From: Octopus vulgaris
Taxonomy: Eukaryota
Direction of reading: 5' to 3'
NCBI GenBank assembly: GCA_951406725.2
Contig: OX597831.1
Coordinates: forward strand, 27,342,001 to 27,406,000
DNA: 64,000 bases
Under the pieces are notes generated by a model. The model was not told the origin of the DNA, did no database searches, and saw nothing but the letters and a program-made list of their open reading frames with translations. Shown piece by piece: positions 50,756 through 63,634 of the stretch (position 1 is its first letter; each line of letters begins with the position of its first letter). Position numbers and translations under genes: made by a program.

Positions 50756-51122
50756 GATATTGAACAGAATTGGACTTGCAAAGGATTCGAACCAACAGCT
50801 TATGAACTTGTAACTTCAGTATCAGTGTCCACTTCCACTCAACCATTTCAACTCGGTAAATGTTTGAGATGGTACTAAAGGTGTCTGGTGGCTGACGGAT
50901 GATATTGATGGGAGCACCTCAAGTACATTTACAGTACCCCACTGAAAGTACCCCATACAGAAGTTGAGAACAGAAAGAAAGTGTGTGTGTGTGTGCGAGT
51001 GTATACACTAGTATGTGCAGGTGTGCATACACGTACGTGCATGTATGAATGTAATGTACATGTGTATGTATATGTATATGGGTATGTGCATTAGCATATG
51101 TGCAACTGCATGTATGTATACA

Positions 51123-51160
<38 letters not shown>

Positions 51161-51164
51161 CATA

Positions 51165-51484
51165 CCTGTGCCGGTGGCACATAAAAAGCACCATCCGAAC
51201 GTGGCCGATGCCAGCACCGCCCCGACTGGCTTTTGTGCCGGCGGCACATAAAAAGCACCATCCGAACGTGGCCGTTGCCAGCGCCGCCTTGGCTGACTTC
51301 CGTGCCAGTGGCACGTTAAAAGCTCCAACCGATCGTGGCCGATGCCGGACCCCCTGGCACCTGTGCAGGTGGCACGTAAAAAGCACCCACTACACTCGTG
51401 GAGTGGTTGGCGTTAGGAAGGGCATCCAGCTGTAGAAACTCTGCCAGATCAAACTGGAAAACGGACGTCAAACGATGATGATAT
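51165..51484 (+). mobile_element. RTE 3' UTR fragment with an internal deletion near the 3' end
   Basis: Four tandem units and a shortened terminal UTR. Confidence 0.8.
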
Positions 51485-51670
51485 ATACATGTATATGTGC
51501 TCATATACAGGGATCCATATAATCACATGTAAATTCATATTTACGTGTGTGCATGCGCATGAATTTATGTGTGTGTATATATGTATGCGTGTCAACATGT
51601 TTGTGTTTGTAGCATTACATGTGTGTGAGTGTGTGAATATCAGTATATGTGAGTATGTAATCAATGTGTG

Positions 51671-51701
<31 letters not shown>

Positions 51702-52024
51702 GTGTGTATATAAATATGAAGGAAAGTACCTCTAAATATAAACCTAGTAATCCCACCCACCCCTAATGTTCCCCTCCCTCACATACCCATCTCCTCCCCT
51801 CTCCTTCACTCCCCCACCAGAACATTCCATTTATACCATCAAAGATAATTGAAGCAATATTTGGCCAACCTCGTACCACATTTTCCCTGTCCTCTTCCAA
51901 CACAGCCAGTGTTGTGCATGAATAGAATGACTGACAGAACAGTTACTAAAACAGAGGACACCCCTCTAGCTACCCTGGGGTGGGTGATGCAGTGTATTCC
52001 AAACTTCATCAAGGTCTACCATAC

Positions 52025-52099
52025 CTCTTATCACGTAACTGTTGTTCACCTACTTCTGTCAGTTTATCACGTAGAACATTGCTAATGTTGACAACTGTG
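52025..52099 (-). CDS. Candidate coding exon (T/I)[23 protein letters not shown]
   Basis: Acceptor ctctactgttcacag (alternative tandem AG gives start 52094) and donor AAGAG|GTATGG. Open frame in unique sequence; ends in phase 2. Confidence 0.5.
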
Positions 52100-52119
52100 C
52101 TGTGAACAGTAGAGTTAAT

Positions 52120-52213
52120 GTATAATATACATACATATATATATATACACATACAAAAATACATACATTACATATATATATACACATATACACATACATA
52201 TATTTATATACAA

Positions 52214-52249
<36 letters not shown>

Positions 52250-52739
52250 ACATATATATATATACAAACACACACACATATATATATATATACATACATA
52301 TATATATATACACATATATATATGCGTATACATATATACATGCGTATACATATATACATATATATATACATATATGTATGTGTATATACACATACATATA
52401 CATACACATACATATATATATACATATATGTATGTGTATATACACATACATATACATACACATACATATATATATACATATATGTATATATACACATACA
52501 TATACATACATACATATATATATACATATATGTATGTGTATATACACATACATATACATACACATACATATACATATATATATATACACATACATACATA
52601 CATACATATATATATACATACATACATATATTTATATACACACATACATAAATATATGTATACACATACATACATACATATATATATACACACACACATG
52701 CATACATATATGTATATATGTATACATACATATACATAC

Positions 52740-52786
<47 letters not shown>

Positions 52787-52879
52787 TAAATATATATATA
52801 TACACATACATATACACATACATATATACACACACACACACACATATATACACATACATACACGCACACACATATATAC

Positions 52880-52910
<31 letters not shown>

Positions 52911-52912
52911 CT
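52120..52912. repeat. ~800-bp compound (TA/CA) microsatellite with higher-order units
   Basis: Recurrent ATATGTATGTGTATATACACATAC blocks. Confidence 0.95.
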
Positions 52913-52916
52913 TATG

Positions 52917-53138
52917 TACTCTTTTACTCTTTTAACTCTTTTACTTGTTTCAGTCATTTGACTGCGGCCATGCTGGAGCACCGCCTTTAGTCGAGCAAAT
53001 CGACCCCGGGACTTATTTTTTTTGTAAGCCCAGTACTTATTCTATCGGTCTCTTTTGCCGAACCGCTAAGTGACGGGGACGTAAACACACCAGCATCGGT
53101 TGTCAAGCAATGCTAGGGGGACAAACACAGACACACAA

Positions 53139-53175
<37 letters not shown>

Positions 53176-53339
53176 CGACAGGCTTCTTTCAGTTTCCGTC
53201 TACCAAATCCACTCACAAGGCATTGGTCGGCCCGAGGCTATAGCAGAAGACACTTGCCCAAGATGCCACGCAGTGGGACTGAACCCGGAACCATGTGGTT
53301 GGTTAGCAAGCTACTTACCACACAGCCACTCCTGCGCCT
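52917..53339 (-). mobile_element. SINE-A, full length
   Basis: Family head, body and tail. Confidence 0.9.
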
Positions 53340-54536
53340 ATGTATGTATGTTATCATCACTTTCCTTTTTTAATGTCCACTTCTCCATAATTGCATGAGT
53401 CAGATGGAATTTATTGAGGCGGATTTTCTATGGCCAAACATGCTTTCTTGGAAAATTGGAAAGGAAGGACACTGCTTGAATGACAGTGACACTCATTTAC
53501 GATTTTCACATGATGTCAAGACACAAAACATGCACCCACTCTCACACACATGCAAATACACATACACATACCCACACTCACACATACATACACATATATG
53601 TATACACCCCCCCCATATATAGATATAAATATATATATATATACACATACGCACATACATTCATACATGCACACACTTATATATACATATATATACATAC
53701 ACGCATGCACGTACACACACACACACACACACACATACAAGACAGGCTTCTTTCAATTTCCTTCTACAAAATAGCCTTGCAATGCTTTGGTTGACCCAAG
53801 AAAATAGTGGTTCGGAAGTAAACTTCTTAATTACACAGGCACACCTGTGCTTACACACATAGACATATATAAATATATTACACACACTCATATACACACA
53901 CACACGGCAGCTGGTTAGTTAGAGACACATAGGTCTGTATAAACCAATGGTGCTCAACCATTTCTTGCTCAGAACCCACAGTTCACAGAAGGGCATTTTA
54001 CAAACGACCCCGCCCCATAATTGCAACCCTACCAAAAACACATCAGGTTATTTTAATGAGACAGAAACTGATTTTGTGCAATGATTTATTAATCCTAGTT
54101 TCTTATACTCTGCCATCGACTGTTTACCTCCATTTTAGATGTTTTGCATTGGTCAGTGTCTCCTATGTTAAAATCAGATGATCACGTGACTGACCAAGCA
54201 ATCAGATATTGTTACACATCACTGATCACAATGCACTTTGGCATTGTTTTAGTTTTCAAATGATGCCACCCAACTGGCTAGCTGAGCAGGTCAACATTCC
54301 TTCCTGATTGACAAGGGGACTGGATCCATGTGAAATGAAGTGTTTTGCTCATGAATACAACGTGCTGCCCAATATGGGAATTGAACCCACGATCAAGTGC
54401 TAGTGTGTGTAACTGCTTAATCACCAGGCCATGCACCTTCACCCTGTGTTAAATAGTTATGGAAATTACTAAAGGAGGACTTATATTCTTGTATCATACT
54501 GGACCTTGACACATCACTTGTCATGTTTCTACTCAC

Positions 54537-54571
54537 TGACAATAAATACAATGGCCACTACAAATCTTAAT
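54537..54571 (-). CDS. Candidate coding exon encoding a hydrophobic (TM-like) segment LRFVVAIVFIV of the minus-strand gene
   Basis: Strong donor GTCA|GTGAGT at 54536. The acceptor is ambiguous (exon could start at 54557, 54571 or 54586). Ends in phase 1, which fits the 52094 acceptor of the next candidate. Confidence 0.3.
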
Positions 54572-54996
54572 CTTGACAAAAATTTTCTTCGTAAAATTTA
54601 AACTTTTTTGTCAAAGATGTTTTTTGAAAGTGCTTTTAAAATATAGACATTGCACCTGGTATACAAATTCTATTTATGAGAAAAATCTCAACCCCTCTAA
54701 ATGTCCACTACCCCACCAAAATACCTTCTTGACATTTACCACTATATTGCTGCTGACCTGGTAGAGAACCACTTTTTTACATGTTGAATGTATAAACATA
54801 GAGTTGTTGCTGTTGTTTAACCCTAGGTTAGCCCTGGTTAAGCAATCCTACTTCCAAAGGCTTTTCCAATCTTTGACCATCCTATCATTTTTTTCTTTTT
54901 CCACAGGCATAATTATCAAAGACTACATTATCCAATGTGTACTTCCCTTCTAAGATGAGATTTTGGGGAATTTGGCTGTATTTCTGTATTTTTAAC

Positions 54997-55365
54997 AGAA
55001 GCTAGCTAGTAGTCAACCGGTAGCCAATCAAAAGCTTAGATAGTAATCAACTAGTAGCCAGCTGGAAGTCAACTAGGAGCCAGTTGTCATCTGGTACCCA
55101 ACCAGTAGCCAACTAGAAGCCTGCCAGTAGCCAATCAGAAGTCAGCTAGGAACTAGCCATGAGCCAGCCAGGAACTAGCCATGAGCCAGCTTGTAGCGAG
55201 CTAGTAGCCAACCTGTAGCTAGCAAGAAGGTAGCCAGTTGCTAGCCACGAGCCAGCCTGTTAGTCAGTCAGCTAGTAGCCAACCATCTGTAGCCAATGAG
55301 TAGCTAGCCATGAGCCAGCCTGAGGTCAGCTAGTAGCCAATCTGTTGCTAACCCAGAGTGTTTGG
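54997..55365. repeat. Degenerate 11-bp minisatellite (TAGTAGCCAGC-like)
   Basis: Period-11 units such as TAGTAGCCAAC, CATGAGCCAGC and TAGGAACTAGC. Confidence 0.8.
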
Positions 55366-56429
55366 CCTACACTGTGTAACCACCCCTTGCAATGTATTAT
55401 AGTTGTTGTTTAATTAAGTACTTACAAAACAATGATAGTCCTTACTATATCACACACCTGACACAGATGAAAGGCCATCAACAACAACAACAACAGTTGA
55501 GGTACCAAGTTCATTATTCCACTATTTTCTACTGTATCCTTGACCGTCATTGATTAAACATAGATTATAATAATCACCAACGAATCCCTTTCTACTGTTA
55601 ATGACAAATATCTTTTATCTGCAGGGGCAGGTAAGGTGGGGAAGGTAAAGCCATTAATCAGTATTTATCCTACATCATTTCATGCTTTGTTTTGAAATTA
55701 AAAACAAACATTATTGTTGTTATTATTATCATTGTTTATCAAGGTGGCGAGCTGGTGGAATCGTTAGCATTCTGGACTAATTGCTTAGCAGTATTTTGCC
55801 TGTTGCTGTGTTCTAAATTCAAATTCTGCTGGGATCGACTTTACTTTTCATCCTTTCGGGGTTGATAAAATAAGTACCTAGTTGAACACTAGGGTTGATG
55901 TAATCAACTCACCTACTCCCCACAAATTGCTGCCCTTGTGGCAAAATTTAAAACCATTATTATTATTATTATTATTTCCTCTTTGGCCAAGGCCTCATCA
56001 ACTTTTTCAAGTTTCACTTGAAAAGGAAGATGAGAGTAGAGAGGGAAGTGATGTCTCGTAGCAAGTTTATTGAAAGGTGGATGAATGTCGCAAGAATGGC
56101 CAGTATGAACAGACCAATTCTGAGGATACACCTGTGAGAATTAAAAGGAAATATAAAAGGAGAAAGGGGCTCTCTACCCCCCTTTTGACCAGGCTCCCGT
56201 GGCTTTTATGGGTTTTTCCATGAGTAACCTTTCGAAGCGCCTCCCATTATTGGGAGTTTTAATTGTTACTTATTTTTCGTTGTCATCCTGCTTTTGTACA
56301 CGGACTTTTTTCAAATGGACAAAACCCTTTGTAACTTTTGTCCTGTGTTTTGTCCCTTTATGTTTTAATTGATTTTTGTTAGCCCTTGTGGCCAAGAAAC
56401 GAACGAAATATTATTATTATTATTATTAT

Positions 56430-57370
56430 TATTATTGTTACCTTTGCACAGCTTCTAACTCTGGAGATGTGCTAGTGTCAGCTGTTCACTACCAGTGAGC
56501 ACCTTCCAGAGTATTCAAGCGGTTCCAAGCAGTGCTGTTTTCTGCAAGTGCTCCACCCTTATTGCAGCCCCTATTTGTTCCACGTACTTCTCGAGATTTT
56601 TGCTCACTGTTCCCAGGGATCCGACAATTATTGGTCCTACTGCTACCTTTTTCATCAACCACAACTGCTTAACTTCCCAAGCTAACCTGTCATATCTATC
56701 AACTTTTCTCTCTTCCTTATCGCATACCTTGTTGTTAGCTGAGCATGCTATGTCTATGATCCAGCATAGTTTGTTTTCTTTCCCAACTAAGACTATGTCT
56801 GGCTTCTTATTCTCAATCGCATGGTCGCACTGAATCATAAAATCCCATAGGATCTTTGCATTTCTATTTTCGACAATGCCTTCAGGTTTGTACTCTTTTA
56901 CTCTTTTAGTTGTTTCAGTCATGTGACTGTGGCCATGCTGGAGAATTACCTTTAGTCGAGCAAATCGACTCCAGGACTTGTTTTTTGTAAGCCTAGTACT
57001 TATTCTATCAGTCTCATTTGCCGAACCACTAAGTTACGGGGATGTAAACACACCAACATTGGTTGTCAAGGGATGTTGGGGAGACAAACAGACTCACAAA
57101 CATGTACACACACATACATATATATATATACATATATACGATAGGCTTCTTTCAGTTTCTGTCTACCAAATCCACTCACAAGGCTTTTGGTCGGCCCGAG
57201 GCTATAGTAGAAGATACATGCCCAAAGTGCCACGCAGTGGGACTGAACCCGGAACCATATGGTTCATAAGCAAACTACTTACCACACAGCCACTCTTATG
57301 CCTAGTCTTACCAATTTTTTTTTTTGCTTCTTAGTTTTAGCTCCTCCTATGTTGCCCAACATATTGGGCA
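56430..57370 (-). mobile_element. Dong/R4-like LINE 3' end interrupted by a SINE-A (56890-57303)
   Basis: KPEGIVENRNAKILWDFMIQCDHAIENKKPDIV...QKTALLGTA. The 3' end runs into (AAT)n; the upstream part resumes beyond the SINE. Confidence 0.85.
56890..57303 (-). mobile_element. SINE-A inserted in a Dong/R4-like LINE
   Basis: Family head, body and tail; LINE frame present on both sides. Confidence 0.85.
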
Positions 57371-57534
57371 GTGATCATATATTTGACAGTATATTATATA
57401 GGGAGTGCTTCTATTTTCCAGTCCCAAATTCAGATTATTTCTATTTTCAGATCTTTGCATTTTGATATTTTATCCCTTTCCTTTAACCCTTTAGTGTTCA
57501 AATTGATAAGTCAAAAGTAATCCTTACTCATTTA

Positions 57535-57720
57535 CATTATTATTATTATTATTATTCAGTAGTTTTATTTTTATAGCGTGCTTTCACTGCACTACCGAGT
57601 GCAGCTCTGTGTGCCTTGGGTACGTGCTGTGGTTTGTTGTGATGCTCTTATGGTTACTGTATTGAAAGTGTTTTGCGTAGGATGTGTGCAGTGCCCAGTA
57701 GTGCAATTTTCTGTATGTTA
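57535..57720 (-). mobile_element. Dong/R4-like 3' terminus with 3' UTR and (AAT)n tail
   Basis: NIQKIALLGTAHILRKTLSIQ*, about 100 bp of UTR, then (AAT)n. Confidence 0.8.
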
Positions 57721-57860
57721 TATATATATTTGTAAGTCCTGATTATTATTATTTCTCTGTGCTTCTGAGCACAGTTCACTGTGCCTTAGCCACATGCAAT
57801 GTTTTGTTATTTTTACAGTGTTGAAAGTACCCTACATGGTGTGTGTGTGTGTGTGTGTGC

Positions 57861-57891
<31 letters not shown>

Positions 57892-58062
57892 TGTGTGTGT
57901 GTGTGTGTGTGTGTGTGCATGTGTGCTAATTTCTGTATGCTATATATCTATATATAAATACTTACAGTCTCTTTAACATTTCATGAAGTTGGTGATTTTG
58001 TGTGGTTATTTGAGTTATATGTTTTAGCTCACATTTCTAGCAATTTCAGGTGCTATTTGCAC

Positions 58063-58112
<50 letters not shown>

Positions 58113-58239
58113 GAAATGAAGAAAATGCTGACAAAATAATTTAAGTAAGGGAGAGTGTATTTAATTAGGTGAAAGTTCTTTTTTTATTTTTTCACAACTC
58201 GTGTTCCACATCTCCTTTTTTAAATATATATATATATAT

Positions 58240-58615
58240 ATATGCATATTATATAGGGATTGTTTTTTTTTCCAATCCCAAATTCAAATTATTTCTATTT
58301 TCAGATCTTTGTATTTTGATATTTTATCCCTTTCCTTTAAAGATATATTGCCATCTGTTAAGAGTGATATATCTACTAGAAGGCATTTTTTCATCTTGGC
58401 CATCCTTAGTAACAATATCTGGCTGATTAGCCTTGATACTCTTGTCTCTGTATATTGACATATCCCAGAATATGGTTGCATTGTTATTTTCTGTAACCTT
58501 TTCTGGTGTATGTTGACATTCCATACTGCTGGCACAACTTCCAGTAAGTGTCAGCTCTATCATATCTGTGAATGTATTCTTTCATGGTGAAGAGTGGGCA
58601 GCCAGAGACAATATG
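58240..58615 (-). mobile_element. Dong/R4-like LINE endonuclease fragment; near-duplicate at 57385-57485
   Basis: HTPEKVTENNNATIFWDMSI..DKSIKANQPDIV..D...CLLVDIS...KISKYKDLKIEI. Confidence 0.8.
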
Positions 58616-58647
58616 ATCTATTACTATTATTATTATTATTATTATTA

Positions 58648-58850
58648 AGGTGGTGAGCTGGCATAATTGTTAGCAGAATTGTTAGCGGTATTTGCCTGTC
58701 GCTATGTTCGGCGTTCAAATTCTGCTGAGATCAACTTTGCTTTTCATCCTTTGGGGAGTTGATAAAATAAGTACCAGGTGATCACTGGGGTTGATGTGAT
58801 TGACTAGTCCACCCCACAAAAAAATTTCAGGCCTTGTGCTTATAGTGGAA
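58648..58850 (+). mobile_element. SINE-B
   Basis: Family head, central box and tail; similar copies at 55740-55952, 42765-42965, 28705-29150 and 9420-9610. Confidence 0.8.
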
Positions 58851-59386
58851 AGTATTTGGTAAAATATACAAAGCCCAGTATACCAATCATGACTACCCAT
58901 CTGATAAGGATACACCAAGCACATGCATCACAACCATATGTGCAAGACATAGGGATCTTATATCAAGATAAACAGCGCATGTCCTTGCAGGTGGGGCCCA
59001 GTTAGAATTTTCTTCAGGTCGAGCAGCCCATTCCACTCATTATTATTATTATTATTATTATTAATATTGGCAGTTCTTGTTGTTGTTTAGTCGTAGGTCA
59101 TCCCTAATCAATCAGATCCATGATCAAAGATATTCCACAAATGATCATCCCTCTTTTTCCTATATGCAGGGAAGCCAGGACCTTCCAATTATTGATGTGT
59201 ATACGCTAAGTATGAGACATCTGTAATGTTTACATTATTGAGCTGCTGCTCACCCAAAATTCGTGTGTGTGTGATCATATAATATAATGTCTGTGTATCA
59301 GAGAAACACTGGGGTCAATATAATTGACTAGTCCCCTCCCCTAAAATTTCAAGGCCATGTGCCTTCAGTAGAAAGGATTATTATTA

Positions 59387-59418
<32 letters not shown>

Positions 59419-60647
59419 GTTGTTGTTGTTGCCTTTGCAAGTCCTTCAGTAGAAAGGATTATTATTATTATTGTTGCCTTTGTAAGTGCTAATGAGATAT
59501 TCACTGTGATTCAAGCTCCCAATTCAAGTCCAAAATAATGGAATTGGATGGCAACAGAGAATCATAGGAATCTGCGAAAGCAGCGGAAAATAAACCCTCT
59601 AGATATGGACAGAATTATAGCAAAAGACTAGCTTTTCTTTTAGATGGTTTGACAGGATCTGATGGGCCCAAGGACTGCATCATGCACCAATGTCTGCTTT
59701 GGTATGGTTTCTACAGCTTGATGCCCTTTCTAATATCCAGCCACTTTACAGAATGTACTAGGTAGTTTTTTTTTTTGAGCCAGGAGCAAACACACACACA
59801 CATACACACACGTGCATATGAGCAAGCAGGAACACACACACACACACACACACATGCATGCACACATGTATGCAACTGTATATAGGACATATTTGAACCT
59901 AGAAATTTTGACAAACTTATTTTACATTGACGCATCAGATGTCTCATATCTGGGGCAGTATTTGAACAATGAAATAGTGTTAGATATTGCCTTTCTTATG
60001 ACACACATCAGATCTGTATGTGCATATGTCTGTGAATGAGAGGACATGTGCATGCGTATCTCTGTGCATCTCTGTTTATGAATATACATGTGTGTGTGTG
60101 CATGTGTGCATTTCTACAACTCTACACCCCTTTATGCCTTTCGCTGTCATTCTCCAATTCCATTATTTAAGACATAGCAATATGAACTTGAACTGGTGTA
60201 GACGGCGAAGTTATTTGTTAACTAGTGTCCCTCCCACCTCCGATGTCTGAAAAGGACATTATTATTATTACAATTATCTGTGTCATTAAAGGGCAATGGT
60301 GCAAAAATTCCTAATCCCCACTACACACATACACACTCATGAGTGTGCACATACACACATTTGTATATACATAAACTGTTACAGGAGTGAACTTTGCAAC
60401 CACTGTCTACAATAACCATTGTTTCATTAGATATGCATGTATACACACATACAAACAGATATATGTATCAATGACAGTATGTATATATCTATATATCAAT
60501 TACTGCTAGTGGAATGATGGAGCCACTATGTGGTAGTATAATTTGCTAGAAATAGCACCCAAATCTGATTGTTTTGAATAAGACTAATGGTGCTACTTTA
60601 GCTTGTACTTTACTGCAGTAACTATCAACTATGAAATGTCCTAATCT

Positions 60648-60730
60648 GGATTAGGGTTAGCTTAAGGTTTAGGGTTAGGGCTTAAAACTAGGGCTTAGGG
60701 TTAACGTTTAGGATTAGAGTTAGGGTTAGA
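60648..60730 (+). repeat. Degenerate interstitial (TTAGGG)n-like tract
   Basis: About 12 TTAGGG variants in 80 bp. Confidence 0.65.
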
Positions 60731-61249
60731 CTGCATGTTAAAGTGGCACCAGACGAACTTTTGCCTTCCATCTTTTTATGGTTGATGTAAAATATGTAAA
60801 ATAAAGTACCAGTTATTTATTGGGGTTCAGTTTAATATTTCTATAACATACTCTAGATGTGGACAGAGTTATAAGACTAACTTTGCTTGCCGTCTTTCTG
60901 TGGTTGATACAAAATAATCTATCAATTTAACATTTCTGTTGATATATTCTTTGGATATGCAGGTACAGCTGAGCCCTGCATAGTTATGGAGTATTCTTTG
61001 GCAAGGCGTAACACCCATTCAGCTACCCTGCCAGAGATACAATGAAGTCATGGGACCGCAGGATGGTGGATTGTGAAGAGGTAGTGAAAGAGCTCAACTG
61101 AGCCAGCATTGTTACATTGATGCCGAGTGGAGGAATCCTAGAAGACCAATGGTCAGGATCACCAACCTCTATCAAGAGAGTAACTGCAACACATCCACAG
61201 GAGTGATGTCCATGGTTGTGGACATCAGCTAATGAGAGATTCACTTAGG

Positions 61250-61638
61250 TGTAGGAGTGGCTGTGTGGTAAGTAGCTTGCTTACCAACAACATGGTTCTG
61301 GGTTCAGTCCCACTGCATGGCACCTTGGGCAAGTGTCTTCTACTATAGCCTTGGGGCCGACCAAAGTCTTGTGAGCGGATTTGGTAGAAACTGAAAGAAG
61401 CCCGTTGTATATATGTATATATGTGTGTGTGTGTGTGTGTGTTTGTGTGACTGTTTTTGTCCCCCCAACATCACTTGACAACTGGTGTGTTTACGTCACC
61501 GTAACTTAGCCGTTCGGCAAAAGAGACCGATAGAATAAGTACTAGGCTTACAAAGAATAAGTCCTGGGGTTGATTTGCTCGACTAAAGGCGGTGTTCCAG
61601 CATGGCCACAGTCACATGACTGAAACAAGTAAAAGAGT
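61250..61638 (+). mobile_element. SINE-A
   Basis: Family head, body and tail. Confidence 0.9.
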
Positions 61639-61825
61639 ATGATACAAGCTCCCAATTCAAATCCAAAAAATGAAATTGGATGGCAATGGAGAATCATAGG
61701 AATCTGCGAAAGCAGCGGAAAATAAACCTTCTAGATATGGACAGAATTATAGTAAAAGACTAGCTTTTCCTTTAACTCTTCCAAGTACCAGTCAAGAGTG
61801 GTGGGCATCTAGAATTGTTAGTGTT

Positions 61826-62043
61826 TACTCTTTTACTCTTTTACTTGTTTCAGTCATTTGACTGCGGCCATGCTTGAGCACCGCCTTTAATCGAGCAACT
61901 CGACCCCGGGACTTATTCTTTTTGTAAGCCCAGTACTTATTCTATAGGTCTCTTTCGCCGAACCGCTAATTAACGGGGACATAAACACACCAGCATCAGT
62001 TGTCAAGTGATGTTGGGAGGGGGGACAAACACAGACACACACA

Positions 62044-62078
<35 letters not shown>

Positions 62079-62241
62079 GACGGGCTTCTTTCAGTTTCCA
62101 TCTACCAAATCCACTCACAAGGCATTGGTTGGCCCGAGGCTATAGTAGAAGACACTTGCCCAAGGTGCCACGCAGTGGGACTGAACCCGGAACCATGTGG
62201 TTGGTAAACAAGCTACTTACCACACAGCCACTCCTGCGCCT
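61826..62241 (-). mobile_element. SINE-A
   Basis: Family head, body and tail; inverted relative to 61250-61638. Confidence 0.9.
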
Positions 62242-62666
62242 ATGTTGTGTAAAATGCCTTGTTTTGGATCTAAGTAACCAGGTAGGAGTGGGGAACTTGT
62301 CTGTATCTAACCAACAAGGGGATACCTTGTGAAAAGAAATCCCCATAAGAAAATTTACAGGAAACTGCCTTTGTATTCTGCTTTGAAATTTCTGTGGCGA
62401 ATACGTAGTATTTGTTAAGTGGAGGGCCATCTGCGGATGTTGGTTGGCATGATGGTGCAAGGAAGAATATGAAGAAGGACAGGTCTGGTGAGGAAGATAA
62501 ACGGTTTAGAATGGAATCTAAGCAATGTGACAGCAGAAGGGTAATTGGAACAGAAGAGATGTGGATATGGATTGAGATGGGATGAAAATGATTACATATT
62601 ACAAGCAGAGGCCATTATAGTAGCAATCAAAGAGACAACGAGAAGACACAGTATATTCGTGAATTA

Positions 62667-62697
<31 letters not shown>

Positions 62698-63634
62698 GTG
62701 TTGGTAAGTGGGAATTTTTCCTCTGTTTGAAGTGATCAGCAATGTCTATGTGTGTAACAGGAATAGAGGCCAATGAATATGAATGGTACTTTAAGGTGAA
62801 TGGCACAAAACTCTGCAAAAAGCCAGCACCCAATGGAAACTGAAGTGTTTCAAGATGCCCCAGCAAACATCCTCATTCTTCAATGCTTGTAACCAATCCA
62901 AGCTGTGAGATAACAAGCAGCAAAGTCAAATATAATTTCCAAGAACTACATAAAGTATCAATCTCTATAAGTATGACAGAGCAGAAATAAATTTGTGGAA
63001 AACTCTTTTTCTATGTTCTGTGGTATAATGTGTTTCTTTTTTTTTTTCTTCTTTTTTTTCTTCTTTTTTTTTTTTATTCAGGAAATGGATAGTTGATCCA
63101 CCCCACGCATCCACACCCTCACTTAGTATATACAAACGCTCTAATTTATGCACACTCATTATAGTCAGTCTAGTGTAATTATAATGACTGTAATCCGGAT
63201 CCTATGTCAAGAGGGTCAAACACGCATACATACATACATACACGTGCATAAGTATACACTAACATACATGCTCATGTTTAAACCATTGTTGCAAAATCAC
63301 ACGTACAAAAAAAATACAAAGGAAAACCCATAGTAATCATTGTTTGGTTAAGAGTTCTTCTGTGCTTGTGCTCCGTCATATCATTTCTGTAGTAATTTTG
63401 TAATTCTTTGAACTAAGTGTGGGCAAGTCTCTTTGAAGTGGGCCTCATGAAACTTGATTCATCTTCAGGCGGGCTGAATAAGACATGGGTTATCCTCAGG
63501 CACGCCCACAGTACTAAAGTCCTTCAAAGTAATTATTTGTTCAGCGTGCCATCCAGGAAGTCATGAGGACCGCAGTTTATTCACGACTGCTTTAACTCTT
63601 TGGTATTCAGATTGCTTTGTCGAATCTAATTCTT

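Noticed and set aside
55625-55630. Plus-strand 6-nt microexon (ttttatctgcag GGGCAG gtaagg)
   Set aside because: It lies in what looks like a decayed SINE-B tail, and no other plus-strand exons support it.
60961-61045. EPCIVMEY resembling kinase subdomain V
   Set aside because: No other kinase motifs, and a stop follows within 20 codons.
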